The notes under the pieces are model-generated. The model searched no databases. It saw only the letters and a list, made by a program, of their open reading frames with translations, and was not told the DNA's origin. From Vicugna vicugna (lineage: Eukaryota): a DNA stretch of 64,000 nt. The stretch is from assembly GCA_013265495.1 (NCBI GenBank), contig MU058793.1, positions 188,001-252,000 on the forward strand, in the 5' to 3' direction. Both the position numbers and the translations under genes were made by a program. This document shows, in pieces, positions 1-13,623 of the stretch (positions are counted from its first letter, which is position 1; the number at the start of each line of letters is the position of its first letter).

Positions 1-1767
1 GTCGCATTTGAGGGATCACAGGGTGTGCCGACTGGTAAGCTCAACCTGGGTCTTAAGGACAGAGCAGCAACTTGGTGAATGCACACAAAGCTGGGGCTTT
101 GGCAGTTGGGAAAGAGAGAAGGAATGTTAGAGAACAAAGGCACCCCACATAACGGTTACATGAAATCGTATATGTAGACGAAAACCTGCTCGTGGGCAAT
201 GACAAGACAAATGACCGAAAAGTCACATGAGTTTTGTTCGGTTTTCAATTGTGTTAGTGTTCTTTTAAGACAATTCTGAGCTCCCCAAGATTCCAGGAAT
301 CTTACACAGTCCTGAGCCAGGCCTCCTGAGGTGGGGGTGTAGGGCAGATTCTAACACTGGAGGTCATGGCCACCTCCCCACCTATGGCACTCCTTCATCT
401 CTACAGGAAAGGGTGGGTGACTGGGCCTCACATCACTCAATCATAACTTCTTCATAGATTTAAGTTTCTGCCTAATGTGTTTTTCTGGGCCTAGATGCCA
501 TGATATGTGAAGAAAGAATGAGTGAAAAAGAGGTGTTTATCGGGAAAACTTAACTAGAGGAAATAAGCAGTTGTCAAGGGTCAGCCATCCCCTGGCTACA
601 ATGAACTAGAATCAATTCTCTAACTGGACTCAAATAAATTAGCAAAAATATCTCCACAGACACAGTGTCTCCCATCAGGAAATCATCTTAAGCAATGAAA
701 AAAAGATTAATTTTATTGCCAAGGGAAATATCCTCAAATTCTAGCATGACGACTCTATTTCCACCAGGGGACACATATTTTTTTTCTATTAGCTGAAGCT
801 CTTCCAATACAATATTCTACAGTTGCCTTTGAAGGGAAATGAATACATTCTCATTAAATTTCTGTTTATTTGGAATGTAAGATGTGGGCAGAGAGAAAGG
901 ATTTTTAGTCAGGTGTTCACCATAAGAAAATCTCATTCTTATTCTCCAATGGCCATTCCAGGCTCCTGTGGCCAATAATGCCTTTAGTTAAATCCATTCT
1001 TAGAAAATGGCTATTGAAACACATTAGCAGAGGAAGTGGTTGGCTGCCTCTCCACCATTTTGAAGGGAATCGTATAGAATCATGCTTGCCTCTCTAAATT
1101 GTTCCTGCCTTTCTTCATTCATGCAATGATATCTAGTAAATTTCTAATAAGTATTTCAAACAATAAAAGTTTTTATCTGCAAATAAAAGTCTTAGATCAG
1201 GGCACCTTGCTAGGGCTCTCTTGCTTTGTTTTATGCCTGTTTTAGTCATGATTGATAGGCTGCTTTCTTCAGTGGAGGAACCACTGCCAGCCTCTGCCCC
1301 CACCACAGAGGACTGGAGCAGAGTCATACCCAAACGGAAGAGAATTCAACTGATTCTGAAGTGGTTGAAGGGAAATTGTCCAGGAAAAGATCCCCATTAC
1401 TAATGGGAGAGAAACTACCCAAGAGAACTCTGTGGAAAGTGGGAATGCAGGGTAAACAAAGAAAACGGTAGGGTGTTCAGCTCAAGTTCCTACTCTTAAC
1501 AAAGATAAAGACTTTGGTGGTATTTCTAAAGGCCTCCATGCAGGGAGAAACAGAATCTAGAGTGTTAGTGTGGCTAACACTAATCTGTGGGACATATTCT
1601 AGTTCTGCATGGACTTTTCAAGGATCCTTGCAATAAACTTCCATTACTCCCAAGCAATCAACACAGGTTTGGTCCTTACACCCAAGGAACCCACTTGGCT
1701 AACACCATACAGCTACCGCCCAACAAAGTGATGAACTCTCAAACCCAAGAAAACCCTAGCGAATGTA

Positions 1768-1985
1768 TATGCCAGGCACCGAGGTCCATGCTTTTCATGC
1801 ATTATTTCATAGGATCCCCACAGTAATTCTACTAGACAAATTAGCAATGTCCTTATTTCTGAAGTGAGAAGACTGAAGCCTTGGAAGGGTAAGCACTTAG
1901 CCTGAATTCATCCAAAGAGCAAATGATAGAGCTGGGGCACAAATCCAGACTGTCTGATTCAAGAGTTCATGGCCTTAACATCATG
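1768..1985 (-). mobile_element. MIR SINE, degenerate
   Basis: Reverse complement of the MIR core (…atgccaggcac…gtgagaagactgaagcc…gggtaagcacttagcctga…cagactgtctgattcaagag). Confidence 0.75.
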
Positions 1986-3619
1986 ATCCAATGCACCCCA
2001 CCCTGTGTACTCTATTTCATCCTACAACATCCTGTAAGGTAGGTATGATGACTTCTCCTCTAGACAGGAAGAAAAGTTGATAAACTTGTCTTGGTGACAT
2101 TGCTGAGATGTAAACCCCAGGTTTATCTGTCTTGGGAGCCCAAATATTTAATCCTTACGCTTAAAAAATTAGAGGAGAGGGTCTTTTAAACAGCACACAG
2201 CTCAACTCTTTTAGGATATGTTTATTTTTAACCAAGAATATTGGTGGTAGAGGGCAATATTTTATGTCTTTTCTTTTAAGCAGCAGAGAGGTGCCTGCAA
2301 CACACAGTATTTGTATTTCCTACCCATCATCATTGGATGTTTTCCACAGGATCCTAGTAGTCTGTCTTCTGAATTCATTTCATACAAAACACATCCAACT
2401 GGGGCCAGGGGTGGGAGGCTTAACTGGTAAAAAATCACCCCTCCTGATTTTTTAAGGTTAGTTTCTTTTTCATTATTATTTGAACTAATAGTTTGCCTTG
2501 GCTATTTCTCATTTAAGAGGGGTTCAGCTGATGGAGAAAGGCACTTAGGAGAAGGGATAACCTGGCTAGCGAGCAGACCATTGTATCTGAAATAAAAATC
2601 AATTGCTCACCATGCAGATTGCAGAAGAAGCTGCAAATAAAATTACTGTAAATTTAATTAAAACATTCCAGCCAAGTCCATACATTTGGTATTGATTACC
2701 TGGCCTGCAATTTCAGGGAGTTAATTAACACAGCCTGTGCCTGGACAACAAGCAAAAGCCAGAGCAGGCACTGGTTGTCCTAGCAACAGGTAGGCGAAAG
2801 CAGCTCACAGATTAAATTGAAGGAAATACACAATCTTATTGAATTAGACTTAAATGCAATGATTTAAAAATATGAAGAGGAAACTTAAAGTTCAAAACAC
2901 ACTTCATGAACATGAGTCATTGTGTGTTTCTAATTGGGCCAGGATAGAGTGTACTGAAGGATGGGAAGACAGAGTGGGAAGGGTGGAGATGGGGGTCATT
3001 TCAGATAATCCATTATCATGAGAGCATTTCCTCAGCACTGCTGGCTCAGGGTACTGACTCCTGCAAGAATTCATTTGGAATGAAGAAAAAAGGTCATTAT
3101 GAATAACCTCCTAGGTCCATAAGTAGAATGAGTCAATTTATTTTCCCTTCTCCAAAACAAGGCATCCCATGGGAAGAAAGCACATTCTCGGAGATTGGTT
3201 CATAGGATGACCACTGTGGAAACTGCTTCATGCCCTAGACACTGCCTGGGTGTGCACTCAGGGCTCTCTACTTTGCTTTCCCTCGTGCTAGTTTTTTTTG
3301 TTTTTTTTTTTTAAGACAAGAAGTATATTTCTGAATTTTGTGGCTTCAGCTGAGGATGACTGATGACTGTGGTCCCTAACAAAAATTAACCATGCACTTA
3401 CAAAGATATGACATTGTTTATGCACATCAGGGACTAAACTCCACCTCTACCACCTACCCTCTCCCCTGCACACCCGAGCATGTACACACTCTACTCTTGG
3501 ATGCCTGAAACTTCCTTATTGAGTCTAATATCCTAGCTTAGAGCTTTGCACCCTCTTATAATACAAATAACTTTGGGAGAGATGACATAATTATTATTAT
3601 TATGATAATCAATAAAAAT

Positions 3620-3860
3620 TCCTAATTACCTAGTGTCTATTATATGCCAAGTATGATGCTATGTGCTTTCCTAAATGTTGTTTAATTTGATATTCATAAT
3701 AAACTCTGAGAAACAGGGAGGGTCAACTTTAACACTGAAGAAATTGAGGTTCACAAAGATTAGTTAATTTACCACAAATCACATTTCTAGTGAATGACAA
3801 AGCTAGGATTTTTTCAGACCCATCTTTCTCCAAAGCCTATGCTCTTTCTACTATACCAGC
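3620..3860 (-). mobile_element. MIR SINE
   Basis: tatatgccaag…gaagaaattgaggttcacaaagattagttaatttaccacaaatcaca…ctccaaagcctatgctcttt matches the reverse MIR consensus. Confidence 0.75.
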
Positions 3861-5734
3861 AATATTTCCAGCTTTTGCTAAGGAAACCCCTTTCCACTTC
3901 CATTTTTAAAAATTACAGTGGAATTCTACATGGCATTCTGATTTATGAACTGTGTGAATGCAGAGAGGGCATGGGGACAGAGCCCAGCTACTCTGCTGCC
4001 CTTACACAGACCCCAGAATCAGAGGCCCCAAAGATTGCTCTACAGTAGGCTGAGGCTTTGAGGACACGGTGGTGATGGCCCCAAACACCATCCTGAGCTT
4101 CCTACTCAGCATAGAGGAGCCTTGATGGGCGAATCCACTGCCTGCCTCTCCCTCCCTCCTACCCCTGCTGTGCAATCCCGCCTGCTGCTGTAGGTCCTGG
4201 CTTTTTTCCCTACTAAGGATCACCAACAAACAAATACATAGTCAAAAGGAAAAGACAGAGGTTTTACTCCAAAATGTATTTCAGCTGACTTTAGAGAGCA
4301 TTTTGCAGGGATTTAGTTTCCTTTCCTAACCACATTTGACTTAAGGCCCAGAGTGGACATTAGCTGGGATAATGAGGGCTTTCCCTCCACACGACATTAT
4401 AATAATGTTTGCACGTTAACTCCTGTACTATTATATATGTTAACAAACACATTTAAAAGGAAATTTTATAACCTTACCATAAATCTGAAGAACTTAAGTT
4501 CTGCTCTAATATGTATCCACATAACTACAACATCACTGTAATGAAAAATTGAGTATTTGTCCATAATCACTTAAACAAATTGCAAATACCACCAGTGGTT
4601 TGTGTACTAGGATTTGAGAAATGCTGAAAACATTAGAAACTTTCATCTGTAGATTATTTCAAGAGCTTCTTCCAGCTCTGCTCCTTTGGGATCTGAACTT
4701 CTACTATGAGATGGTAAGGGAGAGGGCTGAGCAGCAAGCAAGGGGACAGAAGGATATCCAAGGCAAGTGAAGGGGAGCAGGTAGACCACAGCTACACATG
4801 GTGGAGGTGGCCAGAGGCATAAAGAAATTCTGCTAGGTGGTAACACAACCACCTAAGTTCTACCAACCAGCCAATGACCACCTGCAGGCCCCACCTGCCC
4901 TTGGGATTTCTCCCACCACGGAAAGCTGAAAGACAAGCAAACACATGGATCATGAGATTCATCCCTACACAAGGACCCCCAGGGTAGACACATGATCTAT
5001 ATAAATTCCACACAAGGTCCTCCTCTTCTCCAATGCCCACTGCTAACTTCTGCACGAAGCTGTTCTTCTGTTTACAAACTACATCTCACCCTCAACATCG
5101 CTTTATCAGGTAAGTGGGTGTCTGATGCTCATTATGCAGATGAACAAACTAAGGCTTGTAGAAGGAAACAAACACATCGACCTTCAAACTCAGGCTTATT
5201 TTCCTCCAAACCACATCTGCCTCCAGCTGTACAACACTACCTGCAACTCAAAATTCTGACCCCAGAACTCAACAACTATCTTTCACAAATGTTATTGTGC
5301 ACAAAATTTCTGTAAGGAACTTACAAGACGTAGGAATTGTTCCAATGCAGGGGTTTGGGGACAGGGGTGCACAGAATATACAATCTCTCCAATTGTTGAA
5401 GGTGGTTTTGATACATATGGCCAGTGAGCCACACTTTGAATACCACTATTCTGCAAGGTCCTAGAATAAGGAGAGAGTGTGGGGTCCCAGAAGTCAAGAC
5501 ACTAAATTTGCCACTTTCCTCTCTCAGCCTGTTTCTTCCTCTGCAAATGAGCCCATCAAGCCAGGACCTGAAAGAGTCTTCCAGCCTTCACCTTCCAGGA
5601 CTGTGCAGCCTTGCCTGCATGTGGAGCGTACTGTCAAGTACACTGATTGGCACAGTATAAATCCCTCCTCTCTTTTCAGTTCACAGGCAAATAGAGTGTG
5701 TATGTTTATTTGGTATGAGAGTGGGGGTATATAG

Positions 5735-5970
5735 GGTGTGGGAGAAGGTGCTCCGGAATCAAACTGCCTTCAAGCAAATCTGGACCTGACTTTTATTAAC
5801 TATATGAATTTAGACAAGTCACTTAACATTAATTTTTCTGAACCTGTTTCTTCAACTATAAAATAGGAAAAATAACACTCAAACGACTGAAAATTGAATG
5901 AGCTATTAACTATAAAGGAACTAATACAATGCCTGGTACGTAATGAATGCTCGAAAAAGATTACCTATTA
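5735..5970 (+). mobile_element. MIR SINE
   Basis: ttagacaagtcacttaac…ctgtttcttcaactataaaatagg…aatgcctggtacgtaatgaatgctc matches the MIR core and 3' end. Confidence 0.75.
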
Positions 5971-8900
5971 TGAGGATGACTAATATATTTTTGTTCTCTG
6001 CTCCAACCCTGCCTAATCCTCTCTGCAGCTTAGAAGAGAAGTAAAGAATAGACAGAACAGCCTCTGTGCTAGAGGCATAAGCCATATGTTTAGACAGCCC
6101 CCTACACACAGGTGTTCACTTCCATCTTTCCTAATAAGGCAGCCATTAGAATTGCGATTGTGTGAAGCTGTGTTTCAGGAGAGATACAGGGGAGAAAGAG
6201 GAGGAGTCCAGAGACCCTCGGCACTAATTCTCCAGCCCAAGGTCACTGTTCAACCACCACTGGGCCGTCCCTACCTGTGTGTTTCATCAGCCTATAAAAT
6301 GGCATGAGGTTTCTTGGGCTGCAATTAGGCGAGTGCACACAGACCTGTATCTCTGTGTGCAACCTCATTAAAGTGAATGATAAAGTGAAGGTCGACTATC
6401 TTTACAAGGACAAGAAGCGAAGGACCTAACACTCAGAAAGCCAGGAGGCTAATGAGAAACAGAAAGCACTTTCAGTACTAGGGATGAAAAGAGGGAACCT
6501 ACTTGGGGGCAGAAACTTGTCAAAAGCTCACCAAAATTCACACACACACAAAACACACACACAAAATCATAAAATGCAAATGTTTATAAAAATCTTCTTA
6601 AGTTCAGAGGCTTCCAAAGAAAAGGAAACAAATACAACAAAACTTTATATAATACCAAACCAAAACAGAGATTATACAAATTTTCACTGAGCGTCTACTA
6701 TATCGCCGGACTGTGTTAGAAAAAAAGAAACATATTCTTTAATATATCCCACATCCTATTCATTATTCTATGTCCCATTGTTCTCCTTATGTAGCAACTA
6801 TCCACTAAGTGCCTCCAACCTTCTCAGTGCTCCCAGATGGTGTGAAATGCAGTGCATACCATTTTGACTGCCCTCTGCGTCTGTTTCCCTCCTGGTGAAG
6901 CAGCATGTGCACAAGGCCATGAAGTAGGACAGTGGATCATCCCGGTGCATCCCATCTCCATGCTCACAGGAATGGTCTCTGATGGACACATAAACACAGC
7001 CTGATCAGAGCCCTACTCTAAGGCTTTATCACTGGAGATGATGACCAGATCTCTCTTTATTCTATGGCCAGGGAGATGTAGGACTCTGTCTCTGGGGCTG
7101 TCCCAGGGCTACCTCTCCCAGAAGGTAGAGGAGATGACTACAGGGGAGGAAATGAAATGACACACAAAGGGAGGCAAAGGTGTGTGCATGTGCGTGCACA
7201 CACATGTGCACAGGTGTTCATATATGTACACACATGTGTATGTGTATATGAGAGACAGAAAGAGACAGAGAGGTGAAGGCAGAATGTCTTCAGAGTATTT
7301 GATTCACAGGATCTGTGATACCTAAAGCCAACTTCACTTTTGCTCTGTCCTTGTTTGATTACAAAAGCCAGGAACTTATCTAAAGTTGGGCTTCTGTCAC
7401 TTGTGAACAAAAAAAGGAAAACAGAAAATAGACTATGATCTCAACAAGGGGCTTAACATCCAGTTAAAGAGCCAAGTATAGCTATTTTGAACACTTAACC
7501 AGGGCAAATATATACTTATAAAATCTCACAAGAATATAAATGACCATAAAACAGAGGCTTCGTCTCTCTAATGGTTGTGTTCTGTGGCAATAAACAATAT
7601 CTTCCATTCTCCCTTTCAAACTGCTCCATTTCAGTCCATAAATCAGTTCCTGAGAGCAAGAAGATTCGGGTACAAACCCCACAGAAACCTATTATTCCAA
7701 GGAAATACAGTGAGCCAGGGCTGCGTGTCCCAGGGGGTTCCCTGGAACACTAATCCTGGCAGGTGTGGACCTGAGTCTGCTCTTCTCAAAAGGGCACACC
7801 CTGTGCCTAGCAGAGAGCCTAGTGTGTGGTTAGCACCAAATACACATTTGTTAAGTGAATGAATAAAGCTGCTAGTCTGTTGCCAAACAAATTTGAGAAA
7901 TGTTATGCTTTATCCTCTTCTTAGAGATCCCCAGCACAGATGAGCAAAAAATCAAGGCTCCTGAGAAGTTCTGCAGGAAAGAAACATGTTTCACTTGGTT
8001 TAGTACATTGTTCCCTTAAACCATTTATGGCTAAGGAACCTGTTTGGCTTCATAACACCAATAAGCACCCTCATCCCCATAGATCTAACTGTGGACCGTG
8101 CATGGAGAACACTGGGCAAGGGCCACTGGTCAGTGAGTAACCCTCTCCCACAGCCTGGCCTGAGCACAGCTAGAGCGTGTTAATCAGGAAGATTAAGATT
8201 AAGAAAGAGCTTCCCAGCAGCACTTGCTCCGTGCCCCCCCACCATGTCCATCTCAGCACGTCTGCTTTCCAAAGGGGTAGGAGCAAGGGCTGTAGACTCC
8301 TAACTTAGCCTCCATCCCATGCACACATCCACAGCAGCCCAAACACAAACATTGGAGGGTGAGTTTAAACAGAGAGCATTTAAATATCAAGGCAAGAAGA
8401 AAAGCCTTGAAACTGAATGTAGCAGACTGGCACAAATTAGGAAAGATTAATAGAGTCAGACACACACTCTTTGAGTCATTTTTAGATAATCAGCAGGTTC
8501 TCACTGGCATTATCCTAATCCAGCACCACAGTGGAAGAAAATTCACTCGATGGCTTTCATGGTCAACTCCACAGGAACCAAATAAGCTATATTAATGTAC
8601 AGAAAAGATCAGGGCCAGGGCAAAAAGGGCAGAGAGCTAATTCTAGGTATGAAATGCTGCCAGAACTCAGGAGCGCTGCTTCTTTAGGAAAGACTGACAT
8701 TCTCCATTAGAAAATTAAATAGTTACAATGATTAATTACATCCATTTGAGTTAGTCTTTGCAAAGAGGTCCCCAAGAGCTGTACTCAGGGGTTGATTCTT
8801 AGAAGTTCTTAGCCCAAAATATAATAGGGTGAATGGCAAAATGGGGAGCCAAGATAGCTCTGAGCTTTTCAGCAGCAGCACTTTATTAGTAGAAATTGAA

Positions 8901-9169
8901 ACTGGAGATACAGCCGTTCGTTTAAAAAAAAAGAAAGAGGAGAGGTGATGGTGATCATGCAATCCTGAATTTAGGTGGCTCTCTTTAGCCAGTCACTTAA
9001 AACTTGTTCTAATCAGCTATACAAATTTTTCCCTGCGTGTAATGTTCATCTCAGGAGTTCATCTGTCCAGCATGTTTTTCCCTTCTGAAAAGAAATGCTC
9101 CACTTCATCTGAAAAATTACTCATCACAGGTACTCCATGGGATTCTGATGGGGCAGCCAGTCACCATGA

Positions 9170-9590
9170 CCTGCCCCCTGTCCCCAGGTGTTCACATAGT
9201 CCTAGAATTAACCAGTCATACTATATGATTCCCATGGTCCCAAAGGTTGGTCCAGGGATTAGCATTTCACCCAAATCAGCCAATCAGAATACTTCTGATG
9301 GTTGTCCTATAAATTCTGGAAGAAGAAATCATTTTTCTCACTCGATAAATTGGACTTTTGTTTTATTAGAATTGCTGACAGCCATCTTCCCCACAAGAGA
9401 GCAAGACTAACAGGGTATATGGAGGTGGTGAGGCAGGAATAACAGCTAGGGTGGGAGGGAGAGAGAGGTATGAGTACACTGTTTGAGCTCCTCATATTAA
9501 GCATGCTAAAGTCACTAAATCTTTTTTTTTTTTTGACTGAAGCTAGCTTGTGCTGGATTTTCTGTCACAATTGGAAAGAATCTGACCTAA
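9170..9590 (+). mobile_element. Old MaLR LTR (MLT1K/J-like), degenerate
   Basis: cacccaaatcagccaatcagaat…cagccatcttcccc…gaagctagcttgtgctggattttctgtcac resembles old MLT1 subfamilies. Confidence 0.5.
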
Positions 9591-9750
9591 CCCCCAAACT
9601 GGACTAGTTTATCTCCTCTGAAAATGACACTAATTGCAATTGTTTTTTAATTGTCCATCTCGATGAACAGTGAGCTCAGTGAGCGTGTCCAGGGCAGAGG
9701 AACCGTTACTTTCCCCCCAGCTCCTCAACCTATCAACAGCAATTGGTTGG

Positions 9751-10231
9751 TGTATTAGTTTCCTATTATTGCTGTCACAAATTGCTAGAAATTAAGTGCC
9801 TAAAACAAAACAAGTTTATCATCTCACTGTTCTGGAAGGCAGAAATCCAAAATAAGCCTCCCTGAGCTAAGGTCAAGCTGTTGGCAGGGCTGGCTCCTTC
9901 GGAAGGTTCTGACAGGAGAATGTTTCTTTGTCTTTTTCAGCTCCTAGGGCCCCCTGCATCCCTTGGCTCAAGGCTGCTTCCTCAGAGCACTCCCACCTTT
10001 TGCTTTTGTTGTCACATCTCCTGCTACTCATTCTGTTCCTCCTGCCTTCCTCTTCTAAAAACTCTTGTGATTAGGCCTATATATATAAAATCCAGAATAA
10101 TCTCCTCATCTGAAGATTTTTAAACTTAATTACATATTCAAAGTCCCCTTTACCATAGAAGGTAACATATTCACAGGTTCCAGGAATAAGGGTGTAGGCT
10201 TCTTTGAGGGGCCATTATTCAGCCTAGCACA
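9751..10231 (-). mobile_element. MaLR solo LTR (MLT1D/C-like), near full length
   Basis: Starts tgtattagtttcctatt…gctgtcacaaat…ctcactgttctgga and ends ggggccattattcagcctagcaca, giving TG…CA termini. Flanks gttgg/gctgt may be a decayed 5-bp TSD. Confidence 0.88.
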
Positions 10232-10869
10232 GCTGTGTGCAAAAAGCATTTGTAGAAAGAAAGTATATAAAGTATATGCAGTCTTTCCAAAGCTCAATGT
10301 TGTAAACATCTTGAACACTAGGGAAGGCAGAGGATGATGGCCAAGGACAAAGAAGAACATAGGCGCCAGGTCTTCCCTCTGAGCTTGAGAGTCCTCATTG
10401 TCATTTCACCAGTCTGAACTCCTATTTTAAGTATTGCCTCCACCCAGTGTACATTATTTATAGTTCTCTGCAGAAATGTGAACTTCTAGCATTTGACAAA
10501 AAAAGAAATTTGGGGGCCCAAAGGGCCTTCCCCTTAAATCATGTTCTTTACGTGGATCTAAGCATAGATCTGGGCTTGGCCTAGAGGGAGGGCATCACAG
10601 ATTCCACTTACAGGTGGGAACGATCCATGCTCTGCGAGAGCCAAGGCAGCTAGCTTTCCAGATGCTGGTTGGGGCCGACAAGATTGTTCTGGAATGTCTG
10701 ACAAACTAATGCGGACTCATCCGTCAAATGTCATGACTTAGACAGACACACACTGTGATATATGTCAATCAGCTCAGTTCCCATCTCCTCCTCTCACTGA
10801 TCTCCGATTGTCTGTCAGGTTAAGAAAACTAATATAGAATTCACCAATCGTTAGTAAAAAGGATATTAT

Positions 10870-11496
10870 CTAACATCTGTTGATGCTTGCTATGTGCCAA
10901 ACGTATTGTTATGCACATGTAGAAGTTAGTATCATGCTAGCTGCTGTAACAGATAACCCACATGTCAGTGGCTTAACATAACAAAAGCTTGTTTTTCACT
11001 CACACAAAGTGCAGTCAGCAGTGGCAGGGTAGAGAGTCCGGTTATGCTCCATGCAGCCAAATAGAGACACAAGTTGGTTCTATCATATGGAGCCCTCCTT
11101 CTCTGCAGCCTCGGAGACCTTATGAACAGCTGGCAGGCAGGGAAAGATCATGGAAGTTCACCATGGACCTGGAGCACATAACTCTCACTCATATTCCATT
11201 AGCTTGATCTGGGTCATTGGACCTCATCCAACTTCAGGGGAGGCTAGGAAATGCACACTGGCTTTATGTCCAGGCAGAAAATGGACAAGCTTTCAGGGAA
11301 TGCATAGGGATCTCCACCATCACGTGTTTCTCATATGATCTCAGCTAATCCCAACAACAAGGGTATGAGGTGGGCACCATCTTCATTTCCATCAAACAGT
11401 TGAGTCCCAGAGAAGTCAAGTACCTCCCCAAGTTCACATACCCCAATATGTGCTTTGAATGCAAGTCATTTTGACTCCTAAATCTATGCTCTTAAC
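10870..11496 (-). mobile_element. MIR SINE split by an MLT1J-like LTR (about 10918-11322)
   Basis: MIR tail (tgcttgctatgtgccaa) at 10870-10917, then an LTR (gctagctgctgtaacaga…cagtggcttaaca…ggggaggctaggaaatg), then MIR resumes (ctcagctaatcccaacaac…cagagaagtcaagtacc). Confidence 0.7.
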
Positions 11497-11722
11497 CGGC
11501 GGTACTCAAGCAGGGGCAACTTTGCCTGCCAGCATCCACCCCCCACAGAGATATGGACATTCTGACTGTCACAACTGGGGGTGGGGAGGGAGACGGCAGT
11601 ACTGGAAGTTAGTGGGAAAGAGGCCAAGGATACTGCTACACCTCCTACAGTGCATAGAAAAGCCCCCAGAGCAAAAAGTCATCTGGCCAAAATGTCAATA
11701 GTGCCCAGACTGAGAAACACTG
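11497..11722 (+). mobile_element. MER20 hAT-Charlie DNA transposon with 8-bp TSD
   Basis: Internal gtcacaactggggg…gaggccaaggatactgcta…aaaatgtcaatagtgcc…tgagaaacactg. TSD is ctcttaac (11489-96) / ttcttaac (11723-30). Confidence 0.9.
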
Positions 11723-12289
11723 TTCTTAACATTTACACATTTCTATAGTTCTAAGGGTGACTGGCCAGCATCCAGAGGCTGCCCCACTGGAAAATCTCCT
11801 GAGACTGACATGAAACTGTTCAATTTAAGTAACGCAGGGATTTTTTTTCCTTTAATGCAAAAGGCAAGGTGCCAAATTATTTAACTTATGATGGAAATTA
11901 TTGCTCCAATAAAAATATATCCTTTGGAAATATGGCTGCAAATAAGCAGAGACATGAGCCAAACCAAGAGTCTGCTCCAACCAGAATAGCAAAGGGCAGT
12001 GGGGAGTGGGTGCCAAAGGAAATCAGGCATAAGATATGTATGATTAATTTTTGTTTGTTTTTAGTATCACCTGATCTTGGCTTATGTGCTGGAAAGAACA
12101 CATCCAAAGTGGCTTTGGCAAAACGGTTATTCTTCACCTCAATTCTGAACATTTTTTTTGTGATGGTACAGGTTAAGAAAAAAAAAGATGCTTCTTGCAT
12201 TAAGAAAAATGCTTTTCCTTGCCAGTCTCCAAAGCTTTCCCTTCCAGCACGAGGGGAAGACAGAGGTTCACTACAGCCAGGTGGAATTT

Positions 12290-12495
12290 TGCATAGCTTT
12301 GGATCAGGAAAACTGGCTTAAACATTGGCTTCCCATTTCCTAGCTGTGTGACCTTGGGGAAATTACTCTTTGAATCATTTTTCTCACCTGTAAAATGGGA
12401 ATAATAACTGCATATAGTTCACAGGGTAGTGGAGATTTAATGAGATAATCACTTAAAGTGATAAGCTCAGAGCTTAGCGCGTGGTTAGCCCTTGC
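12290..12495 (+). mobile_element. MIR SINE
   Basis: ctagctgtgtgaccttgggga…ctcacctgtaaaatgggaataataa…ttaatgagataat. Confidence 0.85.
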
Positions 12496-12512
12496 GTGCC
12501 AGCCCTCGGCTA

Positions 12513-12550
<38 letters not shown>
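12513..12550. repeat. (CAT)12 microsatellite
   Basis: Perfect CAT repeat read directly. It produces the poly-D and poly-S runs in the ORF track. Confidence 0.97.
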
Positions 12551-12789
12551 CTAGGAGCGCTGCAGGGAGCGGGTGGTGGTGATAATGGGCTAAGCCCTGG
12601 AGGAAGGATGTTATCATGGAAAGACTCAACAGTGGCTCTAAACATCTCTGGCAGCACTCCAGCTTTGCTCCCTGTTATTACTATGAACCTGGCCATGTCA
12701 ACTAAAAGCCTCAATTTACCATCAGTGACATGGAGATAGGACCTGGATGCGGCATCCTCTCTCAAGGCAGCCATGAGGATGGAGAATTG

Positions 12790-13195
12790 TGGCAGGGTGA
12801 TGGAGAGCATGGGTTCTGGAGCCAGACTGCCAGGGTTCAAGCACAGGCCACGCTAGTCACTGGCCAAATGACCTTGGGTGAGTGACTCAACTCACCTGTG
12901 TCTCTAGCTCCTCCTCATGTAAAATGGGGATAATAATAGTTACCACTAGGATGGAAGAAGCATAAGGGCAGGGATCCTTGTCTACTATGTTTACGGCTAT
13001 AACCCCAGCACCTAGGACTGTCTGCTACATTGTTGGCATTCAATAAGTATTTGTTGAATAAATGAATAAATGAATGAATGAATGATGGTCCCTAACATAC
13101 AGGGTTGCAACATGACTTAGATGAGTGTATACCTGTGATGACCATAGAATGGTACCTGGCTCATGATATGTGTACAAGAAACACTGGATATTATA
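12790..13195 (+). mobile_element. MIR interrupted by an L2 3'-end fragment (about 12945-13085)
   Basis: MIR 5' half (ggttctggagccagactgcc…tgtaaaatggggataataatagt), then L2 tail (agggcagggatccttgtc…caataagtatttgttgaataaatgaataaatgaatgaatg), then MIR resumes (acagggttgc…gtacctggctcat). Confidence 0.82.
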
Positions 13196-13623
13196 AGACT
13201 GTCAATAAGCTTTGTCCAAATGAGGGATTACTAACTTAAAATATACACAGCAATGGCCTCAGGTTTGATTCACTAGAGCCAGAAACAGCCATCGATGTAC
13301 AGTCAAGGCAGACATCAGGAGTGCTTCTTCCTCCTCAGCCCGCTCTCTACCTATGGTTTGCTGCTCTCCCCCAGACAAGGCATTGCATGAACTTGATGGT
13401 CCCTCTCACCCCGCTTACATCCCTGGGTTTCTTCCCCCAGCTAGGTGTGCATATTTAGACCCCTTGCTGAGCAGCCACAGTGGACCATAACTCTCTCAGA
13501 TGCGGTGTGTCTGTCCCTCCATGGGTCTCTGCAGCTTTGTCTCAGCAAGATGGGTCCATCCAGGGGAAGCTTCCCGCATGGAAACTGCCCGTGAGGGGCC
13601 TGATGTACTGTTCAAATCTTAAC

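Noticed and set aside
1273..1451. Plus-strand segment with ag/gt ends and one open frame (GGTTASLCPHH…KVGMQ)
   Set aside because: Weak donor (GTAAAC), no recognisable protein and no partner exons. Consistent with chance.
11869..12321. 150-aa plus-strand ORF
   Set aside because: Non-ATG start, no recognisable domain, low-complexity A/T runs, and it ends in a MIR.
12340..12840. 166-aa minus-strand ORF with poly-Asp
   Set aside because: It spans two MIRs and the (CAT)n microsatellite, so the acidic run is a repeat artefact.
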